Source: Mobula birostris (lineage: Eukaryota). From it: a DNA stretch of 64,000 nucleotides. The notes beneath the pieces are model-generated. The model worked only from the letters and a program-made list of their open reading frames with translations. It was not told where the DNA came from and did no database searches. Shown here piece by piece: positions 37,556-50,098 of the stretch. The position numbers and the translations under genes were made by a program. Where the stretch lies: the NCBI RefSeq assembly GCF_030028105.1, contig NC_092387.1:20469590-20533589 (forward strand). The letters run 5' to 3'. Each line of letters opens with the position of its first letter. Within the stretch, counting starts at the first letter, position 1.

Positions 37556-37904
37556 TCCAATTTATGCATGCTTTTCTTGCGAATGCTGTTTATCTGGTGC
37601 AATGCTCCTGTGATGTTGTGGGGAGTAAGTTTTATGATTGCACCTGTGCATACGTGCACTTTGCATATGACAACGAACTTGATCTTGACTTTGAATATTT
37701 TAGAGTGTTTGAAGCTTACAAGCAGTGCCTCCTGTGGCTTTGCCTGATATGGACTGCTACCCAAGGTGACCATGTCTGTGATAAGAAGTGGGGTCTATAA
37801 CACTCCCTGGGGTACTCGCTCCTCTAATACCCCATTCCCTGACCTTCCTTGGTTTCTCTACTGTTGCAGCTCCAGTAGCTCGAGCAGCATTCTGTCTCAT
37901 GAAA

Positions 37905-38190
37905 CCATGGAGAGCTACAGCATGAGAATAGGCCCTTCAGCCCTTCAGCCCACCAAGCCCATACTGACCATTAAACACCCATTTACACTAATGCTATTTT
38001 AATCTCCTTCATATTGTCATCAATTTCCCCCAGATTCTACCACTCACCTTCACACCGAGCACAATTTAAGGTGACCAATGAACCTAACAACCCACATGTC
38101 TTTGTAATGTGGGTGGAAACTGGAGTATCCCACACAGACATATGCAAACTCTGCATAGACAGGACCTGAGGTCAGGATTCAACTCAGGTC
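37905..38190 (-). mobile_element. V-SINE (HE1-like) with CR1-like 3' tail
   Basis: Similar to 6215-6520; tail resembles the CR1 3' gggcctattctcatgctgta. Confidence 0.7.
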
Positions 38191-38785
38191 TTAGAATCTC
38201 CTTCATTACCTCCTCAAGACTCAGCAGGTACAGCCACGTTCCCCTTCTGTAGACCACCCACCCCCCCACTCCCCAGCCTTGTCAATTTGCATGTTTCAAG
38301 TTATTTAATGAAAGTTCTAGTATTTAAAGTTCACAGTTCCCCAGGTGTTTTCCTGCTAACCAGATGGTTCCTCAGATTCGCCATCTCAATCAAATTTCCC
38401 CTTCCTCTATGCATCTGCATTTCTAAATTAAGCTACATTAGTTAATCATAAATTACTTCATGTAGTGCCACAGCTGTCTTCTCTTCTGTGATGTATCCCT
38501 CCAAATCTTCCTGTTGTACTCTGCAGTGTTATTTGTATGGATATTTCACTTCGGCCCTGTTAGCCTTGAAGTTTACTACAACATTTTAGACAGCATATCC
38601 AGTCTGCATTTGCCTCCTCTACCTTATTGAATTTGAATCCTTGAACACATTTTTTCCTATTATCTGCGAGAGTAAATTTGCTGATTTGCAAGAGATGCAA
38701 ATTTGTGAGAGGCTATTCATGAACTCCCCCTCTGACATGCATGAAAACCACTTTGGAATGTTGGGGTTGGGGTGAAGGTTCGGGA

Positions 38786-39462
38786 GGAGGAGAAGATGGC
38801 AGCACGACGCAGTGCGCGCAGCCTCTCCGGTGATGAATATCTGTAATCTGTCAAGTAGGAGGCCATTCACAATTCTGATTTGATGGAGGCAGACGTGAGA
38901 GCACAGAGGAACATCTGGTGAAACTTCTGAAATGCCTGCTTCGCTGCCGCTGCTACTGTGTGATCCAGAATCTCCGGAGGGGAAGGCCCCGAGTCCTCGG
39001 CTTTGCCTGTTGCTTGGCGACCAGGGTTGGGGTCGAAGCTCTTGGCAGAAATGGTGCTCGGTGCTCGGTGTCGGAGGGCTGGTTGGAAGCTCGAAGTTTT
39101 CGGATGGACTCAGAGTCGGACTGTGGTTGGGTGCTTCCAGGATGCTGCATTGGCAAGTTTGCGGTGCTGGAAGCTCATGGCAGGGAGAGTTTCTCCCTTC
39201 TACCGTCTGCGTGAGATGTTGGGGCTATCGGGTCTTCGAGACGTTTTTTTACCGTGCCCATGGTCTGCTCTTATCAAATTACAGTATTGCTTTGTACTGT
39301 TGTAACTATATGTTATAATTATGTGGTTTTTGTCAGTTTCAGTCTTGGTCTGTCTTGTGTTTCTGTGATATCATACTGGAGGAACATTGTATCATTTCTT
39401 AATGCATGCATTTCTAAATGACAATAAACGAGGACTGAATGTCCTCATAAACTAAAAAAAAA
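38786..39462 (+). mobile_element. Non-autonomous retroposon (unclassified)
   Basis: CpG-rich start at AAGATGGC; ends with AATAAA, a GAGGAC-TGAAT-GTCCTC hairpin and an A-tail. Confidence 0.6.
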
Positions 39463-40119
39463 GTTTCCAGTGGTGACCTCACCATTTGTCCACAGTCCCT
39501 GGGAGGATCGATTGACTTCTGTAATGCAAGACTCAATCCAATGATGTAAGTGGGATTGTGGAGTTTCGATTAATTTCAAGGTTGCTGGACAATGTGCAGT
39601 GGATTATTGTGTAGCTGCTGGGAGATAACGATATAGACAGACCTTCGAGTCTGCAGCTGTCTCTCTGTCCCTGGGATGGACACATAATGAAACCAGAGCA
39701 GCTGCTGGACTTCTGACTCCATCACCACATCTGTGAAGACATGAGAGACCACCAATGCTGAAATCTAGAGCGAAAAGCAAAGGTGTTAGAGCTCTGACTA
39801 ATTACAGCACTACATAGGAAGGTATCTCTGTGAGAATGGCACAGCATTAATTCCGCGGTAAGACACTCAACCTATAGAAACTGAACAATCCACCTAAATG
39901 AGTAGCTCATTATTGTGACTAATTAGTAATCGGTCTTTCCCTTCGGTTGAAATGGCAATGGCTCGCTGTTATTAATTGGGCAATTCAGAGATAATTATCA
40001 AATGGGCTGCGCTAGCCAATAAGACCAATTCTAGAAAAATTATATCCCTCACAAGGCAGAGTGACCCCCTCCACTGAGTCACATGTCAGAAATGTGTCTG
40101 ACTCTTCCAATCAGGAATG

Positions 40120-40540
40120 TCTTTCCCCTTCCCCCTACTTGTTCCCATGATCACTTTCCTTACCTATCAGCTTCCAGCGGTGTTAGCCTTGATCCTGCTT
40201 ATCAGCCTCCAGCAGATATCTTCACCTTTAATCTTCCCTTCTTCCCTCACCTCTTGTTTTTCAGCTATCTTCATCTATCCTTCACTTGCCTCTGTCTCGC
40301 AACTCCACCCCTCGCTATCCCCTACCTGGCTCCATCTTCCCTGTCCTTTGTCCTTCAATCACCTCCGGCCTCTGCTGCACCCCCCCCCCACTTGACGTTG
40401 GCTCTCTCTCTCTCGCCTCTGCACTCTGCTCAGTCCTGATCCACAATAATGACAATTCCTTTCTTCCCCAAGGATGCTGCTCTATTGTCCAGCAGATAAC
40501 GTGTTGCTCCGGGTTCCAGCGTCTGCGGCCTCTTGTTGTG
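40120..40540 (+). mobile_element. Old Penelope-like terminal repeat
   Basis: Pyrimidine-rich body, cagtcctgat..., gatgctgc..., ttccagcgtctgc. Confidence 0.55.
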
Positions 40541-40549
40541 AAGTGGTTT

Positions 40550-41245
40550 CTGATTATTACATGCGCCGATCATACAGATCCATCATTACTCAGTGCATTG
40601 AAGTAGAACATGGCAAAGCAGTAACAATGCAGAGTGAAATACAGAGAAGGTGTAGTGCAGGTAGGTAATAAAGTGCACGAGCATAACAAGGTAGGTCATG
40701 AGGTCTGGAGTCCATCTTATTATCCGAGACAATCTTTCTTATAACAGCAGGGTAGAAGCTATTCTTGAGCCTGGTGCTACAGGGTTTCAGGCTTTTGTAT
40801 CTTCTGCTCAATGGCAGAAGGAAGAGGAGAGAATGTGGATGGGATCTTTAGTTATTCTGGCTGCTTTGCTGAGGTAGTGAGAAGTCTAGGGAGAGTCCAT
40901 GGCGGGAAGGCAGGTTTCCACGATGTGCTCACAACACTATGCAGTTTCTTGTGGTTCCAGGCAGAGCAGTTGCCACTGTTATGCTCTCACATAGGATGAT
41001 TTCTATGGTGCAGTGATGAAAATTGGTAAGAATCAACGGGGATATGGCGAGTTTCTTTCAGCTTCCTGAGGAAATACAGGAGTTAGCGAGCTTTCTTGGC
41101 CGCGATATCAATGCGTTTGGATCAGGACAGGTTATCAGTGTTGTTCACACTGAGGAACTCAAAGCTTTTAACTTCCTCGACCTCAGTATTGTTGATGAAG
41201 ACAGGAGCACGTGCTCCTGAAGTCAATGACCAGCTCTTTTGTTGA
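40550..41245 (-). mobile_element. Rex1-like LINE 3' fragment
   Basis: SRRYKSLKPCSTRLKNSFYPAVIR. Confidence 0.8.
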
Positions 41246-41535
41246 GAGGTTTGAGAGGGGAACCAGAATGGGGAACGGAAAAAGAGAGAAAGGGGACGGG
41301 AAAGAAATTACTAGAGGCTAGAGAAATTGTTGCTCGTGCCACCAGACTGGAGGCTATCTAAACGGTGTATGAGGTGTTGCTCCTCCAACCCGAGAGTGGC
41401 CTCATCATGGCAGTAGAGGAGGCCATTGACTAACCTGTTGGAATGGAAATGGGAAGAGGAATTAAAGTGGATTGCCACCAGGAAAATCCACCCTTTTGTG
41501 GCGGATGGGGCAAAGGTTTTCAACAAAGCAGTCAA
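41245..41535 (-). mobile_element. Penelope-like GIY-YIG fragment
   Basis: VAIHFNSSSH...GLLYCHDEATLGLEEQHLIHRLDSLQ. Confidence 0.8.
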
Positions 41536-41789
41536 ATAATATTAGGACTAATATATGGGAGAGTGCGTGACTGGTGATTCAAAGGTTTTTGCACAGATTG
41601 ACAAGAATTGACTATCCCAGCTTATCGAGGCCCAGGTCACTTCTATTCAGTTGATTGCTTCTTCCAAATTTTAAACTGATAATTTGATATTGAAATGTAA
41701 ACGTCATAGTATTGAGGTAATCCAGGCATCTTCATATTTCTGTAACCATCCCTGCTGCTCCCCGTCTGTTCTTCACCAACAAATTACAT

Positions 41790-42250
41790 GTTTCTTTGAA
41801 ATGTCTACAGATGTACAGTGCAGAGCATTCTGACTGGTCACATCACCGCCTGGTATGAAGCCTCCAGAGCACAGTGTTGAAAAAGGCTGAGGTAGGTTGT
41901 AGATTCAACTGGTTCCATCCTGGGCACCATGAGGACACCTCCAAAAGGCAGTGCCTCAAGAAGGCAGCATCCCTCATTAAAGACCCTCACCATCTGAGAC
42001 ATGCCTCCTTCTCATTACCAGCATCAAGGAGAAGATACAGGAACCTGCAGACCCAAACTGAATGACTCAGAAGTGGCTTCTTCCCCTCGGCCATCAGATT
42101 CCTGAATGGTCCCGGAACTCATGAACATTACCCTGTTATTCCATTTTTGCTCTTTACTTTTGTAATTTATAGTAATTTTATGCCTGAGCACTGTATCACT
42201 GCGGTAAAGTAACAAATTTCATGTCATATCAGGGAGTGATTGTGATTCTA
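41790..42250 (+). mobile_element. Rex1-like LINE 3' fragment
   Basis: CLKKAASLIKDPHHLRHASFSLPASRRRYRNL. Confidence 0.8.
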
Positions 42251-42669
42251 CGTCACGTCGGAGAGAAATGTGTCCACTGCATCTTTCCAAGGACCGGCCC
42301 CGCTCCTACGGGCCATCTGATTGGCCAAGAGACAACCAGTGCCATTCTTCTGGTCTTGACGTTCTGCTGCTGGGGGACAGCCCATGTAAGGTGAGTGCTG
42401 ATTGGGGGTCTTCTGAGCTGGACTGACTGTACCAAAGTGCCCCTCTAATGCCACTGTCCTGCTCCGGTGATGATCCTTTTTCATCAGCTCTCACTGTGGC
42501 CAGTGAACCTGCTCCAGATCTTGTAGTCGATGATTCCAATGGCACTGATGCAGCCTGTTGATACCAACAACGTAAAGATCAAGGAGACCTCATGCAACCT
42601 TAGCAGACAGTGATCTGTCCATGCCAAAACAAAGTGGGGAGGCTCTAGAAGGTGGGCAAAACTACAGGA

Positions 42670-45600
42670 CCATAAGATCATATAACACAAGAGCAGAAGT
42701 AGGCCATTCAGCCCATTAAGTCTGCTCTGCTACTTGATCATGGCTGATTTATTTTCCCTCTCAACCCCATTCTCCTATCTTCTCCCCATAACCTTTGACA
42801 CCCTTAAAATAGCTATCAACCTCCATTTTAAATATACAAAATTCAAAAGGTTCAAAGTTCAAAGTAAATTTATTATCACAGTACATACATGTCACCATAT
42901 ATAACAAACCGGGTCAGGTCACAGATCTCTCAGTGGGTGAGCATCTGGGGGACGGTGACCACCGCTCCCTGGCCTTTAGCATTATTATGAAAAAGGATAA
43001 AATCAGAGAGGACAGGAAAATTTTTAATTGGGGAAGGGCAAATTATGAGGCTACAAGGATAGAACTTGCGGGTGTGAATTGGGATGATGTTTTTGCAGGG
43101 AAATATACTATGGACATGTGGTTGATGGCTAGGGATCTCTTGCAGGATGTTAGGGATAAATTTGTCCCGGTGAGGAAGATAAAGAATGGTAGGGTGAAGG
43201 AACCATGGGTGACAAGTAAGGTGGAAAATCTAGTCAGGTGGAAGAAGGCAGCATACATGAGGTTTAGGAAGCAAGGATCAGATGGGTTTATTGAGGAATA
43301 TAGGGTAGCAAGAAAGGAGCTTAAGAAGGGGCTGAGGAGAGCAAGAAGGGGGCATGAGAAGGCCTTGGCGAGTAGGGTAAAGGAAAACCCCAAGGCATTC
43401 TTCAATTATGTGAAGAACAAAAGGATGACAGGAGTGAAGGTAGGACCAGTTAGAGATAAAGGTGGGAAGATGTGGCTGGAGGCTGTGGAAGTGAGCGAGG
43501 TCCTCAATGAATACTTCTCTTCGGTATTCACCACTGAGAGGGAACTTGATGATGATGAGGACAATATGAGTGAGGTTGATGTTCTGGAGCATGTTGATAT
43601 TAAGGGAGAGGAGGTGTTGGAGTTGTTAAAATACATTAGGACGGATAAGTTCCCAGGGCCTGACGGAATATTCCCCAGGTTGCTCCATGAGGCGAGGGAA
43701 GAGATTGCTGCACCTCTGGCTAGGATCTTTATGTCCTCGTTGTCCACGGGAATGGTACTGGAGGATTGGAGGGAGGCGAATGTTGTCCCCTTGTTCAAAA
43801 AAGGTAGTAGGGATAGCCCGGGTAATTATAGACCAGTGAGCCTTATGTCTGTGGTGGGAAAGCTGTTGGAAAAGATTCTTAGAGATAGGATCTATGGGCA
43901 TTTAGAGAATCATGGTCTGATCAGGGACAGTCAGCATGACTTTGTGAAGGGCAGATCGTGTCTAACAAGCCTGATAAAGTTCTTTGAGGAGGTGACCAGG
44001 CATATAGATGAGGGCAGTGCAGTGGATGTGACCTACATGGATTTTAGTAAGGCATTTGACAAGGTTCCACATGGTAGGCTTATTCAGAAAGTCAGAAGGG
44101 ATGGGATCCAGGGAAGTTTGGGCAGGTGGATTCAGACTTGCCTGCAGAGATGGGGGGAGTACATTCAGATTGGAGGATTGTGACTAGTGGTGTCCCACAA
44201 GGATCGGTTCTGGGACCTCTACTTTTCGTGGTTTTTATTAATGACCTGGATGTGGGGGTAGAAGGGTGGGTTGGCAAGTTTGCAGATGACACAAAGGTTG
44301 GTGGTGTTGTGGATAGTGTAGAGGATTGTCGAAAATTGCAGAGAGACATTGATAGGATGCAGAAGTGGGCTGAGAAGTGGCAGATGGAATTCAACCTGGA
44401 GAAGTGTGAGGTGGTACACTTTGGAAGGACAAACTCCAAGGCAGAGTACAAAGTAAATGGCAGGATACTTGGTAGTGTGAAGGAGCAGAGGGATCTGGGG
44501 GTACATGTTCACAGATCCCTGAAAGTTGCCTCACAGGTAGATAGGGTAGTTAAGATAGCTTATGGGTGTTAGCTTTCATAAGTCGAGGGATAGAGTTTAA
44601 GAGTTGTGAGGTAATGATGCAGCTCTATAAAACTCTGGTTAGGCCACAATTGGAGTACTGTGTCCAGTTCTGGTCGCCTCACTATAGGAAGGATGTGGAA
44701 GCATTGGAAAGGGTACAGAGGAGATTTACCAGGTTGCTGCCTGGTTTAGAGAGTATGGATTATGATCAGAGATTAAGGGAGCTAGGGCTTTACTCTTTGG
44801 AGAGAAGGAGGATGAGAGGAGACATGATAGAGGTATACAAGATATTAAGAGGAATAGATAGCCAGTGCTTCTTCCCCAGGGCACCACTGCTCAATACAAG
44901 AAGACCTGGCTTTAAGGTAAGGGGTGGGAAGTTCAAGGGGGATATTAGAGGAAGGTTTTTTACTCAGAGAGTGGTTGGTGCGTGGAATGCAATGCCTGAG
45001 TCAGTGGTGGAGGCAGATACACTAGTGAAATTTAAGAGACTACTAGACAGGTATATGGAGAAATTTAAGGTGGGGGGTTATATGGGAAGCCGGGTTTGCG
45101 GGTCGGCACAACATTGTGGGCTGAAGTTCCTGTACTGTGCTCTACTATTCCATGTTCTATGTTCAATATCCCTGAGATTCATTTTCTTGCAGGCATGCTG
45201 AATAAATCCAATAACCAAAATAGAATTAATGAAAGACTGCACTGAAAGGGTGGATATCCAGTGTGCAAAAGGTAACAAACTGTGAAGAGACAAAAAGAAA
45301 AAAATAATAATATTAATAAATAAACAAGCAAAAAATGTTGAGAACTTGAGATGAAGAGTCCTTGAATGTGAGTTCATAGGATGTGAAGTTATCCCCTCTG
45401 GTTCAAGAGCCTGATGGTTGAGAGATTATAATTATTCCTGAACCTGGTGGGGTGGGTCCTAAGGCTCCTGTACCTTCAACCTGATTTCAGCAGTGAGAAA
45501 AAAGTATGACCTAGGTGGTGGGGGTCCCTGATGATGGATGTTGCTTTCCTGCAACAGTGCTCAGTGCAGATGTGCTCAGTGGTGGAGAGGGCTTTACCCG

Positions 45601-46125
45601 CAATAGACAGACCATATCCATACTTCCTGTAGGATTTCCGTTCAAAGGCATTGGTGTTTCCATACCAGGCTGTGATGTAGCCAGTCAATACACACTCCAC
45701 CATACATCTATAGAAGCTTTTCAAAGTTTTAGATGTCATGCCAAATCTTCATAAACTTCTAAGGGAGTAGAGGTGCTGCTGTGCTTTCTTCCTAATGGCA
45801 CTTACGTGCTGGGCTCGGGAAAGTCCTCTGAAATGATAATACTTATTAAGTTTACCAAATGACTTGGCTTCCACAGTCGTCTGTGGCAATGAATTCTTCA
45901 AATTCACCACCCTCTGGCTAACAAAATTCTTCCTCATCACCTACATAAAGGAATGTCCTTCTGAGCCTGTGTCCTTTTGTCCTAGACTCTCCCACTACTG
46001 GAAAAATCCACTCTTATCAATATTCGATAGGTTTCAGTGATTTACCAACCCCCCCCATTCTTCTAAACTCCAGCGAATATAAACCAAGAGCAGTCAAACG
46101 CGCTTCATATATTAACCCTTTCATT
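42670..46125 (-). mobile_element. CR1 3' fragment (42670-42838 and 45855-46125) interrupted by a Rex1-like element (42840-42905 and 45165-45845)
   Basis: The two halves of each element are collinear when the inner insertions are removed. Confidence 0.7.
42906..45164 (+). mobile_element. Young CR1/HER1-like LINE, 5'-truncated ORF2
   Basis: ORFs 42933-44183, 44126-44572 and 44566 onward with full RT motifs (PGPDG, NYRPVSL, DFSKAFDKVPH, GVPQGSVLGP, KFADDTK); atgttct tail. Confidence 0.96.
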
Positions 46126-46309
46126 CTCAGAGTGCTCTGACATTCAGAGTCATATCCGAGCATCCAGCAGGTCCCCAGATCTATCGATCCCCTTACCAAC
46201 CAAGAGTCCATTGACTGAATCACCCAAATTGGAAAGGGCTTGGACAGGTCACATTGAAAATATATATTGAATATATTAAAATATATTCAAGAAAATTTTC
46301 TTTATCAAT

Positions 46310-46700
46310 CTACTGAGGGGCCTACTAAAGAGGGTGCAGCACTGAACCTCCCCTGAGTGTGTGACGTAGGGGAAGCAATGGCAGTATCAGTGCTGGGGAA
46401 CTTTCTGACATGTGACCATATTTCTATTCATTTTAAAATAGTTATAGAGAAGGTAGGGCTGGTCCATTTGGGCAGAACTAATTTTGGAGACATTAGGCAA
46501 GAATTTGCATAGGTCAAATGGGTAAGAATGTTTTCCAGTAAAGTCATGTCAGGCAATTGGAAGTGTGATGTTCAGGGTTCAGTGGCAATGGATTCCTGTC
46601 AGAGCGAAGAGCTGTGCTGGCAAGTTTAAGCAACTCTGGTTGATGAGAGGTATTAAGGCACTGGTCAGGAAAATGATGGAGATATACAGCAATGAAAACA
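46310..46700 (+). mobile_element. Old CR1 ORF2 N-terminal fragment
   Basis: Degenerate PT.EGA.L.L and DH..I.FKI motifs. Confidence 0.5.
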
Positions 46701-46804
46701 GGATTCAGCACTCCACACAAATATATGCAATTCTGATAAGTAGTACACACCACTAAACTTAAATGAAAGCAGAATCCAGAAAAGTAAACAGATATATAGC
46801 TAGA

Positions 46805-49160
46805 TATATAGATTCTTTATTGATCCCAAAGGAAATTACAGTGTCACAGCAGCATTACAAGTGCACAGATATACAAATATACAAATATTAGAGGAGAAGG
46901 AAGAGAGAATAAAAAATAGGTTACCTGAAAGAGTCTAACAGGAAGGTGTCATCACTTTCCTGGCTAATGGCTGAATCATTATAGAGTCTAATGGCTGAGG
47001 GTAAGAATGATCTCATACGAAAGGTGATTGATAAGTTTGTGGCCTAAGGTAGAAGGAGTCAATTTTAGAAAACCTAGCACAATTATTTTTCCTACATTTT
47101 CACACCTAGTTTAGTGGTCGTGGAGCATACGGATCCCTTCTTTGTAAAAGTCGGCATTTTGGACCTCCAAATGTGGTCCGCAGCAGGGGTGATTGATAAG
47201 TTCGTGGCCTAAGTTAGACGGACATGTTATTAATTTCAAACTTTCTGTGTTTTCACTCAAAGAGTTGAACTGCACGTGCACGTAACGAGAGCTGTATAAC
47301 TCATCTCCTTCTACCTTAGGCCACAAACGTATCAATCACTCCTGCTGTGGACCACTTCTACATAGAAGGGATCCGTATGCTTCACGACTGCTGGAATAAG
47401 TGTGTACATGTAGGAGGGGACTATGTTGAAAAACAAATGTGCTAGATTTTCTAAAATTGACTCCTTCTACCCTAGGCCACGAACGTATCAATCACCCCTT
47501 GTATAGCGCTCTTTGGAGCAGCACTGTTGTCTTAGTCTGTTAGTAAAAGTGCTCCTCTGTTCAGCCAAGGTGGCATGCAGAGGGTGAGAAACATTGTCCA
47601 GAATTGCCAGGATTTTCCATAAGGTCCTTTGTTCTACCACAGCCTCCAGTGTGTCCAGTTTGACTCCAATAACAGAGCCAGCCTTTCTAATCAGTTTATT
47701 GAGCCTGTTGGCATCACCTGTGTTGATGCCATTGCCCTGACACACCACCGCATAGAAGATTGTACTGGTGACAATAAACATGAGAACATATGAAGGAGAG
47801 GCCTGTACACTCCAAAGGACCTCAGTCTCCTCAGGAAGTAGAGGCAACTCTGGCCCTTCTTGTACACAGCTTCTGTGTTGGTGCTCCACTCAATCCTGTC
47901 ATCCAGGTGCAACCCCAGGTACATGTAGGTCCTCACCACATCGTCACCATCAATAGTAACAGAGAGCAGTGCAGGCTGAGTCCTCCAGAAGTCCTTCATC
48001 CTCTCCTTTGTCTTATTGATGTTGAGCTGCAGATGACTCAGTTTGCACCATTTGACAAAGTCCTCCACCAGGGCCCTATATTTATCATCCCCCTCTTCTC
48101 TTTACACACTCAACTATTGGTGAGTCATCACAGAATTTCTACAGATGACATGACTCATGTTGTACCTCAAGTCTGAGGTATACAGGGTAAACAGGAAGGG
48201 AGCCAATGCATTCCCCTGTCAGGCCCCAGTGCTGCTTACAGCCGTGTCTGACACACAGTTCTGAAGCCACACAAACTGTGGTCTGCCAGTCAGGGAGTCC
48301 TTTATCCCAGACACAATGGAAGTGCAAACCTGCTTATCCCCCAGCGATGAGGACTGTATGGTATTGAAGGCACCTGAGAAATCAAAAATCATGATCCTTA
48401 CAGTGCAGCCCGCCTTATCCAAATGTTCGGCAGGTAGATAACAGTATCGTCGACTCCAGTATGCTTCTGTTAGGCAAACTGCAGGGAATCGAGGGCTGAT
48501 CTGACCAGGGGTCGGAGGTGAGCCAGGACCAACCTCTCTAGCGCCTTCAGGATGTGTGAGGTCAGGGCCATTGGATGGTACTCATTCAAGACTTGGTTGG
48601 CCCTTCTTGGGTATTGGGACTGCACATGATGTTTTCCACACCGCCGGGGCCCTTTCCAGGCTGAAATTCTGATTGAAAATGCAATGGAGAACTCCACACA
48701 GCTGCTAAGCACACTCCTTCAGGACCTTAGGTTTCACACCATCCAGTCCCAGTGCTTTATCTGAGTTTCCCCAGAACCCTTCTCACCTGATCAGTAGTGA
48801 AGGTGAGTCCATGATGACTGGGGAGTTGGTGGATGGTGGGGGCTGGGGGAGGTGAAGATTGGGACAATAGCAGTTGCTATGTGGAGCTATGGATTATAGG
48901 TGTAGAGCGAGAGGCCACGTAGACAGTAGTAGTTTGAGTTGTTCAGTTGTTCATCCATGTGCTGAACTGGAGGAGGGAGGAGGGAGGAGGGGAGGCATTG
49001 GTGCTGAGGGAGCATTGGGTGCCTCGGCACGTGGACTGGTACGCTGAGGGGGTGTGAACAAGAGGGCAATTGTCAAATCTATTGAAGAATTGGTTTAACT
49101 CATTAGCCCATTCATGGCTGCATTCTGAGTCCCTACAGCTAGGCTGATTAAAGCCAGTGA
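46805..49160 (-). mobile_element. Rex1-like LINE (RT region to 3' tail)
   Basis: LNEYHPMALTSHILKALERLVL, DFSGAFNTIQ, WCKLSHLQLNINKTKE, LYFLRRLRSFGV motifs. Confidence 0.9.
47018..47501. mobile_element. Mariner-derived fold-back non-autonomous element inserted at TA in the Rex1 copy
   Basis: TA-cgaaaggtgattgataagtttgtggcctaaggtagaaggag ... ctccttctaccctaggccacgaacgtatcaatcaccccttg-TA; arm encodes FYIEGIRMLHDCWNKCVHVGGDYVEK. Confidence 0.88.
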
Positions 49161-49965
49161 TGTCCTTGATTGATCCTACCCTCTCCCTAGTTATCCTCTT
49201 GCTCTTGATGTATGTGTAGACTGCCTTGGGATTTACCTTAATCCTACTTGCCAAGGACATTTTATGGCACCTCCTAGCTTTCCTAATTCCTTTCTTTAGT
49301 TCTCGTTCGGCTTCTTTATACTCCTCATGTGGTTCGTTAGATCCTGACTTCTGAAGCTTTACATACTTTTCCTTTTTCTTCTTGACTAAATTCATTACCT
49401 GTCTGGACATCCAAGGATTTCTGATCTTTCCATCTCTATCCTTCCTTCTAACAGGAACATAATCTTTCTTGTACTCTGTGCAAATTATTTTTAAACACCT
49501 TCCACATGTCTATGTGGATTTGCCTGAAAAAAGGTGTTCCTAATTTTTTTAAAATTTAATTAACTTTTTTTTAAATTTACTTTTATTTAATTAACTTTTC
49601 TTAGTTCCTGCCTATTGCCCTCGTAATTTGTCCTACTCCAATTTAAAACTCTCCCTCAAGGACCATACCTATTCTTATCTATAGCTATCTTGAAAGTTGA
49701 GGAGTTGTGGTCACTGTTCCCTAACTGCTCACCCACTGAAAGGTGAGTTCATTACCCAACACCAGGTCCAGTCTAGCCCCTCCCCACATTGGACCGTCCA
49801 CATATTGATTCAAGAAACCCTCCTGGCTACACTTAACATATTCTACCCCATCTAAACCCCTAGCATTACGAAGATCCCAGTTTATATTAGGGAAGCTGAA
49901 CTTCCCCATGACAACAACCCTATTATTTTTACATATTTCCTTAATCTAATTATATACCTGTTTCT
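49160..49965 (-). mobile_element. CR1 ORF2 fragment (endonuclease end and linker)
   Basis: MGKFSFPNINWD..FLNQYVDGP..ARLDLVLGNE; KKGIRKARR..LASRIKVNPKAVYTYIK. Confidence 0.88.
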
Positions 49966-50098
49966 CAATTTTTAAAGAAGGTGGGAAGCTCAGAATGCAG
50001 GTTGAATATGCCTGTAAGAACTTACTTGCAGCATCATCACAGGAAGATTGCATCAGATACAGAACATTAAATTAAATGTAAATCATACACAAATTTTA

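Noticed and set aside
42933-45201. Functional reverse transcriptase gene
   Set aside because: 5'-truncated CR1 with frameshifts near 44140 and 44570
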